Source: the human T2T-CHM13v2.0 reference genome, Homo sapiens
NCBI GenBank assembly: GCA_009914755.4
Contig: CP068257.2
Location: 2,080,001 to 2,144,000, forward strand
Direction: 5' to 3'
Length of the DNA: 64,000 nucleotides
The notes under the pieces were generated by a model, which saw only the letters and a list, made by a program, of their open reading frames with translations, was not told the DNA's origin and searched no databases. A program made the translations under genes and the position numbers. Shown piece after piece: positions 39,361 to 52,398 of the stretch (position 1 is its first letter; each line of letters begins with the position of its first letter).

Positions 39361-42300
39361 AATGGAATGGAATGGAGTGAAATGGAATGGAATGGAATGA
39401 AATGGAATGGAGTGGAGTGCAGTGGAGTGGAATGGAATAGAAAGGAGTGGAATGGAATGGGATGGAGTGGAAGTAATGGAGTGGAGGTGAGTAGAGTGGA
39501 GTGGATGGGAGTGGAGTGGAGAGAAATGGAGTGAAATGGAATGGGATGGAATGGAATGGAGTGGAGTGGATTGGAGTGAAGTGGAGTGGAGTGGAGTTGA
39601 TTGGAGTGGAGTGGAATGGAGTGGAATGCAATGGAATGGAATGGTATGGAATGGAATGGGGGAGGGGAAGGGAGTGGAGTGGAGTGGAATTGAGTGTAGT
39701 GGCACGGAATGGAATGGAAAGGAAAGGAATACAATGGAATGGTGAAATGAAATGTGAGCTGAGATTGTGCCCCTGTATTCCAGCCTTTTTTGAAACAGTG
39801 ATATCCCGTCGAAAGGAGGGATTGGAATGGAATGGGGTGGAATGGAATGGAATGCAATGGAATGGGGTTTCATGGAATGGAATGGAATGGAATGGAATGG
39901 AATGGAATGGAATGGAGACATTAAATGTGATCTAAGTTTGTGCCACTGCACTCCAGTCTGGGTTACAGAGTGAGATCCATTTCGAAATAAAGGAATGGAA
40001 TGGAATGGAGTAGAATGGAATGGCTGGAGTGGCGTGGAGTGGAGTGGAGTGGCGTGGAGTGAAGTTGAGTGGAGTGGAGTGGAATGGAATTTAGGGGAAT
40101 GGAATGGAATGGAATGGTGAAATGAAATGTGAGCTGGGATTTTGTAATTGCACTCCATTTTGGGTGACAGAGTGAGATCCTGTAGAAAGAAAATATTGGA
40201 ATGGAATGGAGTGGAAAAGAATGGAATAGAATGGAGTGAAGTGGAGTGGAGTGGAATGGAATGGAACGGAATGGAATGGAATGGAAGGGAAGGGTAGGGA
40301 ATGGAAGGGAAGGGAATGGGGAAATGAAATGTGACCTGACATTGTGGCACTGCACTCCAGCCTGGGTGACAGAGTGAGATCCTGTCGAAAGAAAATATTG
40401 GAATGGAGTGCAATGTAATGGAATAGAGTAAAGTGGAGTGGAAAGGAGTGGGATGGAATGTGATGGAATGAAATGGAGTGGAGTGGAGTGGAGTATAGTG
40501 CAAAGGAATGGAGTGGAGTGGAGTGGAGTGGAAAGGAATGGAGAGGAGTGGATTGGAATGGAATGGAATGGAATCGAATCGAATGGAATGCTGAAAATAA
40601 ATATGTGTTGAGATTGTGCCACTGTGCTACAGGCTGTGTGACAGAGGGAGATCCTGTCGAAAGAAAGGAGTGGAATGGAAGGGATTGGAATGGAATGGAA
40701 ACGAATGGAATGTAATGGAATGGAAGGGAATGGAATGGAAGGGAAGGGAATGGGGAAATGAAATGTGAGCTGACAGTGTGGCACTGCACTCCAGCCTGGG
40801 TGACAGAGTGAGATCCTGTTGAAAGAATATATTGGAATGGAATGGAGTGCAATGGAATGGAATAGAGTGGAGTGGTTTGGAAAGGAGGGGAATGGAATGG
40901 GATGGAATGAAATGGAGAGAAGTAGAGTGGAACGGAATGGAGTGGAGTGGAGTGGAGTGGAAAGGAATGGAGAGGAGTGGAGTGGAATGGAATGGAATGG
41001 AATGGAATGGAGTGGAATGGATTGGAATGGAATGGAATGGTGAAAAGAAATATGTGTTGAGATTGTGCCACAGCGCTACAGGCTGTGTGAGAGAGGGAGA
41101 TCCTGTCGAAAGAAAGGAGTGGAATGGAAGGGATTGGAATGGAATGGAATAGAATGGATAAGAGCAGAGTGGATTGGAATGGAGTGGAGTGGAGTGCAGT
41201 GGAATGGAATGGCATGGAATGGAATGGAATGGTGAAATGAAATGTGAGCTGAGATTGTTCACTGCACTCCAGCATGGGTGACAGAGTAAGATCCTGTCAA
41301 AAGAAAGGAATGGAAAGGAATGGATTTAGAATGGAATGGAATGGAATGGAAAGGAAAGGAATGGAATGGAGTTGAATGGAGTGGAGTGGAATGGAGTGGA
41401 GTGGAGTGGAAATGATTGAAATGGAATTGGATGGCATGGAAAGGAGTGGAGTGGACTGGCATGGAGTGGAGTAGAGTGGAGTGGACCGGATTGGAGTGGA
41501 GTGGAGTGGAATGGATTGGAGTGGAGTAGAGTGGAGTGGAGTGGAGTGGAATGGAATGGAATGGAATGGAATGGAATGGAATAGAAAAGAATCAATGGAA
41601 TAGTGAAATGAAATGTGAGCTGAGATTGTGCCACTGCACTCCAGGCTGGGTGACAGAGTGAGATACTCTCAAAATAAAATAATGGAATGGAAGACAGTGG
41701 AATGGAATGGAATGGAATGGAATCTAATGGAATGGAATGGAATGGAATGGAAAGCAATGGATTGGAATGGAATGGAGTGGACTGGAGTGCAGTGGAGTGA
41801 AGAGGAGTGGAGAGGGGTGGAGTGGAATGCAGTGGAATGGAGCAGAAAGAAATGGGATGTAGTGGAATGGAGTGGAGTGGAGTGGAATGGAATACAATGG
41901 ACTGCAATGCAATAGATTGCAATGCAAAGGAAAGTTGACATGTAATGTTAGCTGAGATTGTGCCACTGCACTCCAGCCTGTGTGACAGAGTGATATCCTG
42001 TGAAAGAAAGGAATGCAATGCAATGGAGTGAAAAGTAATGTAATGGGATGGAATGGAGTGGAGGAGAGTGGAGTGGAGCGGAGTGAAATGGAGTCGAATG
42101 GAATGGGAAGCAGTGGAATGGAATGGAGTGGAGTTAAGTGGCGTGAAATAGGGTGGAATGGAATGGAATGGAATGGAAAGGAATGCAATGGAATGGTGAA
42201 ATGAAAAGTGAGCTGAGATTGTGCCACTGCACTCCATGCTTTGTGACAGAGTGAGATCCTGTGGAAAGAAAGTAATGGAAAGGAATAGAGTATAATAGAA

Positions 42301-45300
42301 TGGAGTGAAGTGGAGTGGAGTGGTGTGGAGTGCAGTGGAGTCAACTGGAATGGAGTGGAATGGAATGGGATGGAATGGAATGTCATGGAGTGCAGTGGAG
42401 TGGATTGAAGTGGAGTAGAGTGGAATGGAGTGGAAAGAAATGGGATGGAATGGAATATCATGGAGTGGAGTGGAGTAGACTGGATTGGAGTGGAGTAGAG
42501 TGGAAAGCAGTTGAGTGGAATGGAATGGAATGGAATGGAATGGAATACAGTGGAATGCAATGGAATGGAATGCAATGGAATAAAATGAAATGGAATGGTG
42601 AAATGAAATGTGAGCCTAGTTAGTGCCACTGCATGCCAGCCTGGGTAACAGAGTGAGATGCTGTCAAAAGAAAGGAATGGAATGGAATTCACTGGAGTGG
42701 AGCAGAGTGGAGTGGAGTGGTGTGTAGTGGAATGGAGTGGATTGGAATGCCATGCAGTGGATTGCAATGGAGTGCAGTGGAGTCAAGTGGACTGGAGTGG
42801 AATTGAGTGGAATGGAATGAGAAGGAATGGAATGGAGTGGAGTGGAGGGAATGGAGTTCACTGGAATGGAATGGAGTGGAATGGAATGGAATGCAATGGA
42901 GTGGATTGGATTTCAGTGGAGTGGAGTGGAGTGGACTGGAATGGAATGGAATGGAATGGAATGGAATAGTGAAATGAAATGTAAGCTGAGATTCTACCAC
43001 TGCACTCCAGACTGGGTGACAGAGTGACATCCTGTCGAATGTAAGGAATGGAAGGGAAAGAAGTGGAATGGAATGGAATGGAATGGAATGTAGTGGAGTG
43101 GAGTGGAGTGGAATGAAATGGACTGGAAAGAAATTGAATGGAATGGAGTGTAGGGGAGTTGAAAGGAGCAGAGTGGAATGGAATGGAAGGGGATGGAAAA
43201 GAATGGAATGAAATTGATGGGAGTAGAGTGGAATGGTGGGGAGAGGAGTGGAGTGGTATGGAATTGAATGGAGTGGAGTGGAGAGGAGTGGAGTAGAGTG
43301 GACTGGAATGGAAAGGAATGGGGTCGAGTGGAGTGGAGTGGAGTGCAGTAGAGTGGAATGGAAGGTAGTGGAATGGAATTGAATGGAATGGAAAGGAATG
43401 GAATGGAATAGAATGGAATGATGAAATGGAATATGAGTTGAGATTGTACCACTGCACTCCAGCGTGGGTGACAGAGTGAAATCCTGTTGAAAGAAAGGAA
43501 TGGAATGGGAAGGAGTGGAATGGAATGGAAGGGAATGGAATGGAGTGCAGTGGAGTGGAGTGGAGTGGAGTGGAGTGCAGTATAGTGGAATGCAATGGGA
43601 TGGAATGGAATGGAGTGGAGTGGAGTGGATTGGAGTGAAGCAGAGTGGAATGGAATGGAATGGAATGGAATGGAATGGAATGGAATGGAATAGAATGGAA
43701 TGGAATGGAATGGATTGGAATAGAATGGAATGGAAAGCAGTGGCATGGAGTGGAATGGAGTGAAGTGGAGTGGAGTGGAATTGAATGGAGTGTAGCGGAG
43801 TGGAGTGGAGTGGAATTGAATGGAGTGGAAAGGAATGGAATGGAGTGTAGCGGAGTGGAGAGGAGTGAAGTGGAATGGAATGGAGTGGGATGGAATCTAT
43901 TGGAATGAAGTGGAGTTTAGTGGAGAGGAGTGGTGGGAAGTGTAGTGGAGTAGAATGAAATTGGATGGAATTGAATGGATTGGAGTGGAGTGACGTGGAG
44001 AGGAGTGGAGAAGAGTGGAGTGGAATGGCATGCAATGAAATGGAATAGAGTGCAGTGGAGTGGAGTGGAGTGGAATGGAATGTAGTGGAAATGGATTGAA
44101 CGGAATGGAAAGGAATGGAATAGAATAGAATGGAATGGTGAAATGAAATATCAGCTGAGATTGTTCCACTGCACTCCAACATGTGTGACAGAGTGAAATC
44201 CTGTTGAAAGAAAGGAATGGAATGGAAAGGAGTGGAATGAATGAAACGGAATTGAGTGGAGTGGAGAGAAGTGGAGTACATTGGAGTACATTGGAATGAA
44301 ATGGGATAGAATGGAATGGAGTGAAGTGAAGTGGAGTGGAGTGGAGTGGAATGGAATGGAATGGAATGCAGAGGAGTGGAGTTCACTGGAGTGGAATGGA
44401 ACACGATGGAATGGTATTGAATGGAATGGAATGGAATGCAATGGAGTGCAATGGAATGCAATGGAATGGGATGCAATGGAATGGAATCGAATGGTGAAAT
44501 TAAATGTAAGCTGAGATAGTGCCACTACATCCAGGTCTGGGTGACAGAGATCCTGTCGAAAGAAAGGAATGGAATGGAATGGAGTGAAAAGGAATGGAAT
44601 GGAATGGAGTGGAATGGAATGGAATGGAGTGGAGTGTAGTGGAGTGGAATGGAGTGGAATCGAATGGGATGGAGTGGAATGGAATGGAATGGAGTGGAGT
44701 GGAGAAGAATGGAGTGAAAAGAAATGGGATGGAATGGAATGGAGTGGAGTGGAGTGGAATGGAGTGTAGTGGTGTGGAGTGGAGTTGATTAGAGTGTAGT
44801 GGAATGGACTGGAGTGGAGTGCAGTGGAATGGAGTGGAGTGGAATGGAAGGGAATGGAATGCAATGTAATGGTGAAATGAAATGTGAGATGAGATTGTGC
44901 AATTGTATTCCAGCCTTTTTTGACACAGTGAGATCCCATCAAAAGAAAGGGATGGCATAAAGTGGAGTAGAATAGAATGGAGTGGAATGGATTGGAGTGG
45001 GCTGGATTGGAGTGGAGTGCAGTGCAGTCGAGTGGAAAGGAGTGGAATGGAATGGGATGCAATGGAATGACATGGAGTGGAGTGGAGTGGAGTGAATTGG
45101 AGTGGAGTAGAGAGGAATGGAGTGGAATTAAATGGGATGGAAAGGAATGGCATGGAGTTGAGTGGAATGGAGTGTAGTGGATTGGAGTGTAGTGGAGTGG
45201 ATTGGAGTGTAGTAGAGTGGAATGGAATGGAATGGAATGGAATGCAATGGAATGGAATGGAATGGTAAAATGAAATGTGAGCTGAGTTTGTGCCACTTAA

Positions 45301-48300
45301 CGCCAGCCTGGGTGACAGAGACAGATCCTGTCAAAAGAAAGGAATGGAATGGGGTGGAGTGTAGTGTAGTGGTTTGGAGTTCAATGGAGTGCAATGGAAT
45401 GGGATGGAATGGAATGGAATGGAGTGCGGTGGAGTGGAGTGGAGTGGAGTGGAGTGGAGTGGCATGGAGTGGAATGGAATGCGATGGAATGGAATAAAGT
45501 AGAGTGGAGTTGAATGGAGTGGACTGGAGTGGAATGTAGTGGAATGGAATGGAATGAAGTGGAGTGGAGTGCAGTGGAGAGGGGTGAAGTGGAATGGAAT
45601 GGAATGGAATGGAATGGAATGGAATGGAATAGAATGGTGAAATGAAATCTGAGCTGAGATTATGCCTCTGCACTCCATCCTGGGTGACAGAGTGAGATCC
45701 TGTCGAAAGAAAGCAATGGAATGGATTGGAGTGGAATGCAATGGAATGGAATGGAACGGAAAGGAATGGAATGGAATGGAAAGGAGGGAATGGAATAGAA
45801 TGGAGTGGGGTGGAGTGGAATGGAGTTGAATGGAATGGGATGTAATGAAATGGAGTGTAATGGACTGGACTGGAGTGGAATGGAGTTGAGTAGAGTGGAA
45901 GGGACTGGAATGGAATGGGATGGAATGGAATGGAATGGAGTGGAGTGGAGTGGGGTGGAAAGGAATGGGATGGAGTTGAGTGGAGTGGAGTGAAATGGAG
46001 TAGAATGGAAAGGAATGGAGTGGAGTGGAGTTGAATGGAATGGAATGGAATGAAATTGAATGCAATAATGAAATGAAACGTGAGGTGTTATTGTGCTACC
46101 GCACTCCAGCCTTGGTGACAGAGTGAGATCTTCTTGAAAGAAAGGAATTGAATGGAATGGAGTGGAATGGAATGGAATGGAATGCAGTGGATGGAGTGGA
46201 GTGGAATAGAGTGGAACGGAATGTGATGGAGTGGAATGGAATGGAGTGGAGTGGAGTGGAATTGAGTGGAATGGAAAGGGATGGAATGGAATGGAATGGG
46301 GAGGAGTGGAGTGGAAGGGAGTTGAGTGGAGTGGGGAGGAATGGAATGGAATGGAATGGAGTGGAGTAGAGTGGCGTGGAGTGGAGTGGAGTAGAGTGGA
46401 GTATAGTGGAGTGGAGTGGAGTATAGTGGAGTGGAATGAAGTATAGTGGAATGGAGTGGAATGGAATGGAATGGAATTAAGTGGAGTGGAGTGCAGTGGA
46501 ATGGAATGGAATGGAATGGAAAGGAATTGAAAGGAATGGAATGCAGTGGAGTGGAGTGGAGTTCACAGAAGTGGAATAGAATTGAATGGAATGCAATGGA
46601 ATGGAATGCAATGCAATGGAAAGGAATGGAATGCAATGGAATGAAATGGAATGGAATGCAATGGAATGCAAAGGAATGGATGGTGAAATTTAATGTGAGC
46701 TGAGATAGTGCCACTGCACTCCAGCCAGGGTGACACAGTGAGAGTCTGTCGACAGAAAGGAATGGAATGGAAAGCAGTGAAACGAATGGAATGGAATAGA
46801 ATGGAGTGGAGGGGAGGGGAGTGGAGTGGAGTGTACTGGAGTGAAATGGAGTCGAATGGAATGGGATGGAGTGAAATGGAATGGAGTGGAGTGGACTAGA
46901 GTGAAATAGAGTGGAAAGGAATTGGATGGAATGGAATGCAATGGAATAGTGAAAAGAAATTTGAGCTGAGATTGTGCCACTGCACTCCAGCCTTTGTGAA
47001 AGAGTGAGATCCTGTGGAAAGAAAGGAATGTGATGGAATGGAGTGGAATTGTATGGAATGGAATGGAGTGAAGTGGAGTGGAGTGGAGTCGAGTGCAATG
47101 GAGTGGAATGGAATGGGATGGAAAGGAATGGCATGGAGTGGAGTAGAGAGGAGTGGATTGGAGTGGAGTAGATTAGCATGGAGTGGAATGGAATGGGATG
47201 GAATTGAATGCCATGGAATGAGGTGGAGTGGAGTGGACTGGATGGAGTGGACTGGATTGGAGTGGAGTAGAGTGTAATGGAGTGGAGTGGAATGGAATGG
47301 AAAGGAATGGAATGCAGTGGAAAGCAATGGAATGGAATGCTATGGAATAGATTGGAATGGAGTGGTGAAATGAAATGTGAGCTGAATTTGTGCCAATGCC
47401 CGCCAGTCTGGTTGACAGCGTTACATGCTGTCAAAAGAAAGGAATGGAATGGAATGAATTGGAGTGGAGCTGAGTGGAGTGGAGTGGTGTGGAGTGGAAT
47501 GGAGTGGAATGGAATGGGATGGAGTGGAATGGAATGGAGTGTATTAAGTGGAGTGGCATGGAGTGAAATGCAGTGGAATGGAATGCGATGGAATGGGATG
47601 GAATGGAATGGAGTGGAGTGGAGTGGAATAGAGTGGAATAGAGTGGAATGGAGTGGAATGTAATGGAATGGAATGGAGTGGATTGGAGTGCAGTGAAGTG
47701 GAGTGGAATGGAATGGAATGGAATAGTGAAATGAAATGTAAGGTGGGATTCTGCCACTGCACTCCAGACTGGGTGACAGAGTGACATCCTGTCGAATGTG
47801 AGGAATGGAGCGGAATGGAGTGGAATGGAATGTAGTGGAGTGGAGTGGAATGGAACGGAGTGGAAAGGAATGGAACGGAATGGAGTGGAACGGAGTGGAG
47901 AGGAGTGGAGTCGAATGGAATGGAATGGGATGGAATCGAATGGAATGAAGTGGAGGGGAGTGGAGTGGAGTGTTGTGGAGAGGAGTGGAGTGGTATGGAA
48001 TTGGATGGAACTGAATGGAGTTCAGTGGAGTTGGGTGGAGAGGAATGGAGTACACTGGAGTGGAATTGAATGGAATGGAATGGAGTGGAGTTGAGTGAAG
48101 TGGAGTGGAGTGGAGTGGAATGCAATGTAGTAGAATGGAATTGAATGGAATGGAAAAGAATGGAATGGAATAGAATGGAATGATGAAATGAAATATGAGC
48201 TGAGATTGTGCCACTGCACTCCAGCAGGGTGACAGAGTGAAATCCTGTTGAAAGAAAGGAATGGAATGGAAAGGACTGGAATGCAATGGAATGGAATAGA

Positions 48301-51300
48301 GTGGAGTGGAGTATACTGGAAGGGAGTGGAATGGAATGGGATGGAATGGAATGGAGAGGAATACACTGGAGTGTAGTGGAGTGGAATGGAATGGAATGGA
48401 ATGGAATGGAATGGAATGGAATGGAATGCAGTGGAGTTTAGTTCACAAGAGCGGAATGGAATGGGATGGAATGGAATGGAATGCAATGGAATGGAATAAA
48501 ATGGAATGCAATGGAAGGGAATTGTGAAATTAAATGTTAGCTGAGATAGTGCCACTGCACTCCAGCCTGTGTGACAGAGTGAGATCCTGTCGAAAGAAAT
48601 TAATGGAATGTAAAGGTGTGAAGTATGATGGAATGGAAGGAAATGGAATGGAGTGGAGTGTAGTGTAGTGGAATGGAGCGTAATGGAGTGGAATGGAATG
48701 GGATGGAGTGGAATGGAATGGAGTGGAATGGAGTGGATTGAATTGGAGTAGAGTGGAGTTGACTGGATTGAAGTGGAATGGAGTGGAGTGGAATGGAATG
48801 GAATGGAATGGAATGGAATGGAATGGAATGGAGGGGAGTGGAGGGAGGTGGAGGGGAATGGAGTGGAGTGGAATGGAATGGTGAAATAAAATGTGAGCTG
48901 AGATTGTGCCACTGTGTTCCAGCCTTTTTTGACATAGTGAGATCCCATCAAAAGAAAGGACTGGAATGGAATGGGGTGGAATGGAATGGAGAAGAATGGA
49001 ACGGAGTGGAGTGGATTGGAGTGGAGTGCATTGGAGTGGAGTGGAGTCAAGTGAAATGGAGTGAAATGGAATGGAAGGAAATGGAATGGCATGTAGTGGA
49101 GTGGGGTGGAGTGAATTTGAGTAGAGTAGGGTGGAATGGAATGGAATGGAGTGGAATGGAATGGGATGGAAGGGAATGGCATGGAGTGGAGTGGAATGGA
49201 GTGGATTAGAGTGGAGTAGAGTGGAATGGAAAGGAACGGAATTAAATGGAATGGAATGGAATGGTATGGAATGGAATGGAATGCAATGGAATTGAATGGA
49301 ATGCAATAGAATGGAATGGAATGCAATGGAATGGAATGGAATGGAATGGAATGCAATGGAATGGAATGGAATGGAATGGAATGGAATGGAATGGAATGGA
49401 ATGGAATGGTGAAATGAAATGTGAGCTCAGTTTGTGCCACTGCACGCCAGCCTGGGTGACAGAATGAGATCCTGTCGAAAGAAACGAATGGAATGGAATG
49501 GAGTGGAGTGTAGAGGTGTGGAGTGATGTGGAGTGGAATGGAGTGGAATGGAATGGGATGGATTTGAATGGAAGGAGTGTAGTGGAGTGGATTGGAGTGG
49601 AGTGGAGTGGAATGGAATGGAATGGAGTGGAATGGAATGGAATTGAATGGAATGGAATGGAATGGAATGGAATGTTGTGGAGTGTATTGGAATGGAGTGG
49701 AATGGAGTGAAATGGAGTGTAATGTAATGTAGTGGAATGGAGTGGAGTGGAGTGCAGTGGAGAAGGGTGTAGGGGAATGGAATGGAATAGTGAAATGAAA
49801 TGTGAGCTGAGATACTCCCACTGCACTCCAGACTGTGTGACAGAATGAGATCCTGTCGAATGGAATTGAATAGAGTGGAATGAAATGGAGTGCAGTGGAG
49901 TGGAGCAGAGTGGAGTGGAGTGGAGTGGAATGGAATGGAATGGGATGGAATCAAATGGTATGAAGTGGAGGGGAATGGAGTTGAGTGGAGGGACGAGGAG
50001 TGGAATGGAATGGAATTGGATGGAATGGGATGGAGTGGAGTGGAGTGGGGTGGAGAGTAGTGGAGTAGAGTGGAATGGAATGGAATGCAATGGAATGGAG
50101 TGGAGTGGAGTAGAGTGGATTGGAGTGTAATGGAATAGAATGGAATGGATAGGAATGGAATGGTATAGAATGGAATGATGAAATGAAATATGAGCTGAGA
50201 TTGTGCCACTGCACTCCAGCCTGGGTGACAGAGTGAGATCCTGTCAAAGGAAAGGAATGGAATGGAAAGGAGTGGAACGGAATGGAATGGAATGGATTGA
50301 TTGGAGTGCAGTGGAGTAGAGGTGAGTGGAGTTCACAGTAGTGCAATGGAATGGAATGGAGTGGAGTCGAGTGCAGTGGAGTGGGTTGGAATGGAATGGA
50401 GTGGAATGGAATGGGATGGAATGGAATGGAGTGGAGTGGAGTGGAGTTCACAGGAGTGCAATGGAATGGGATGGAATGGAATTGAATGGAATGGAATGGA
50501 ATACAATGGAGTGGAATGCAATGGAATGCAATCGAATGGAATTGTGAAATTAAATGTGAGCTGAGATAGTGCCACTGCACTCCAGCCTGTGTGACAGAGT
50601 GAGATCCTGTTGAAAGAAATTAGTGGAATGTAAGAGAATAAATTATACTGGAATGGAATGGATTGGAGTGGAGTGGAGAGGAATGGAGCTTAATGGAGTG
50701 GAAGGGAATGGGAAGGAGTGGAATGGACTGGAGTGGAGTGGAGTGGAGTGGAGTGGAGTGGAGTGGAGAGAAATGAGGTAAAATGCAATGGGATGGACTG
50801 GAATGGAGTGGAGTGGAGTGGAGTGAATTGGAATGGAGTGGATTTGACTGGATTGCAGTGGAATGAAGTGGAGTGGAATGGAATGGAATGGAATGGAATG
50901 GAATGGAGGGGAGTGGAGTGGAGTTGAGGGGAATGGAGTGGAGTGGAATGGAGTGGAATGGAATGGAATGGAATGGTGAAATAAAATGTGAGCTGAGATT
51001 GTGCCACTGTGTTCCAGCCTTTTTTTGACACAGTGAGAGCCCGTCAAAGGAAAGGAATGGAATGGAATATGGTGGAATGGAATGGAGTGGAGTGGATTGG
51101 AGTGGAGTGGAGTGGAGTCAAGTGGAACAGAGTGGAATGGAATAGGATGGAATCGAATGGCATGTAGTGGAGTGGGATGGAGTGAATTTCAGTGGATTAG
51201 GGTGGAATGGAGTGGAATGGAATGGGATGGAAGGGAATGGCATGGAGTGTAGTGGAGTGGACTGGAGTGGGTTAGAATGGAATTGAATGGAATGGTATGG

Positions 51301-52324
51301 AATGGAATGGAATGGAATGGAATGGAATGGAATGGAATGGTGAAATTGAATGTGAGCTGAGATAGTGCCACTCCACTCCAGCCTGGGTGACAGATTGAGA
51401 TCCTGTCAAAAGAAAGGAATGGAATTGAATGGAGGGGAATGGAATGGGATGGAGTGGGGTGGAGTGGAGTGGAGTGGAGGGGACTGGATTTGAGTGGAGT
51501 CTAGTGGAACAGAGTGGAATGGAATGGGGTGGAGTGGAACGGAATGGAATGGAGAGGAGTGGTGTGGAGTGGAGTGGATTGGAATTCAATGGGATGGAAT
51601 GGTATGGAGTGGAGTGGAATGGAGTGGAGTGGAATGGAATGGAATGGAATGGAATGGAATTGGAATGGAATGGAATGGAATGGAGAGGAGAGGAATGGAG
51701 TGGAATGTAGTGTAATTGGAAAGGATGGAATGGAATGGAATGCCATGGAATAGAATTAGGAATAGAATGGAATGATGTGGAATGGAATGGAGTAGAATTC
51801 AGTGGAGTGGAGTGGAGTGGAATGTAATGTAATGGAATGGGATGGGATGGAGTGGAATGGAATGGAGTGGAGTGGAGTGGAGTGGAGTGGAGTGGAGTGG
51901 AATGGAGTGGAATGCAATGGGATGTGATGGAATGGAGTGGGGTGGAGTTGAGTGGATTGAAATCGAATGGAATGGAGTGGAGAGGAGTGTAGTGGAATGG
52001 AATGGAATGGAATGGAATAGAAGGGAATAGAATGGTGAAATGAAATGTGAGCTGAGATTGTGCCACTGCACTCCATCCTGGGTGACAAGTGAGATTCTAT
52101 CGAAAGAAAGGAATGGAACGGATTAGAGTGGAATGGAATGGAGTGGGGTAGAGTGGAGTGGAGTGTAGTGGAGTAGAGTGGAATAAAGAGGAATGGAATG
52201 GGATGTAATGGAAAGGAATGCAGTGGAGTGGAGTAAAGTGGAGTGGAGCGGAGTGGAGTGGTGTGGAGTGGAGAGGAGTGGAATGGAATGGAATGGAATG
52301 GAATGGAATGGAATGGAATGGCAC

Positions 52325-52398
52325 GGTGAAATGAAATGTGGGCTGAGATTGTGCCACTTCACTACAGCCTGGGTGACGGAGTGAGTTCCTGAAGAAAT
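52325..52398 (+). mobile_element. Last Alu 3'-end remnant (T2 form) before the array edge
   Basis: 'gtgaaatgaaatgtgggctgagattgtgccacttcactacagcctgggtgacggagtgagttcctgaagaaataaaataatg'. Confidence 0.7.
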
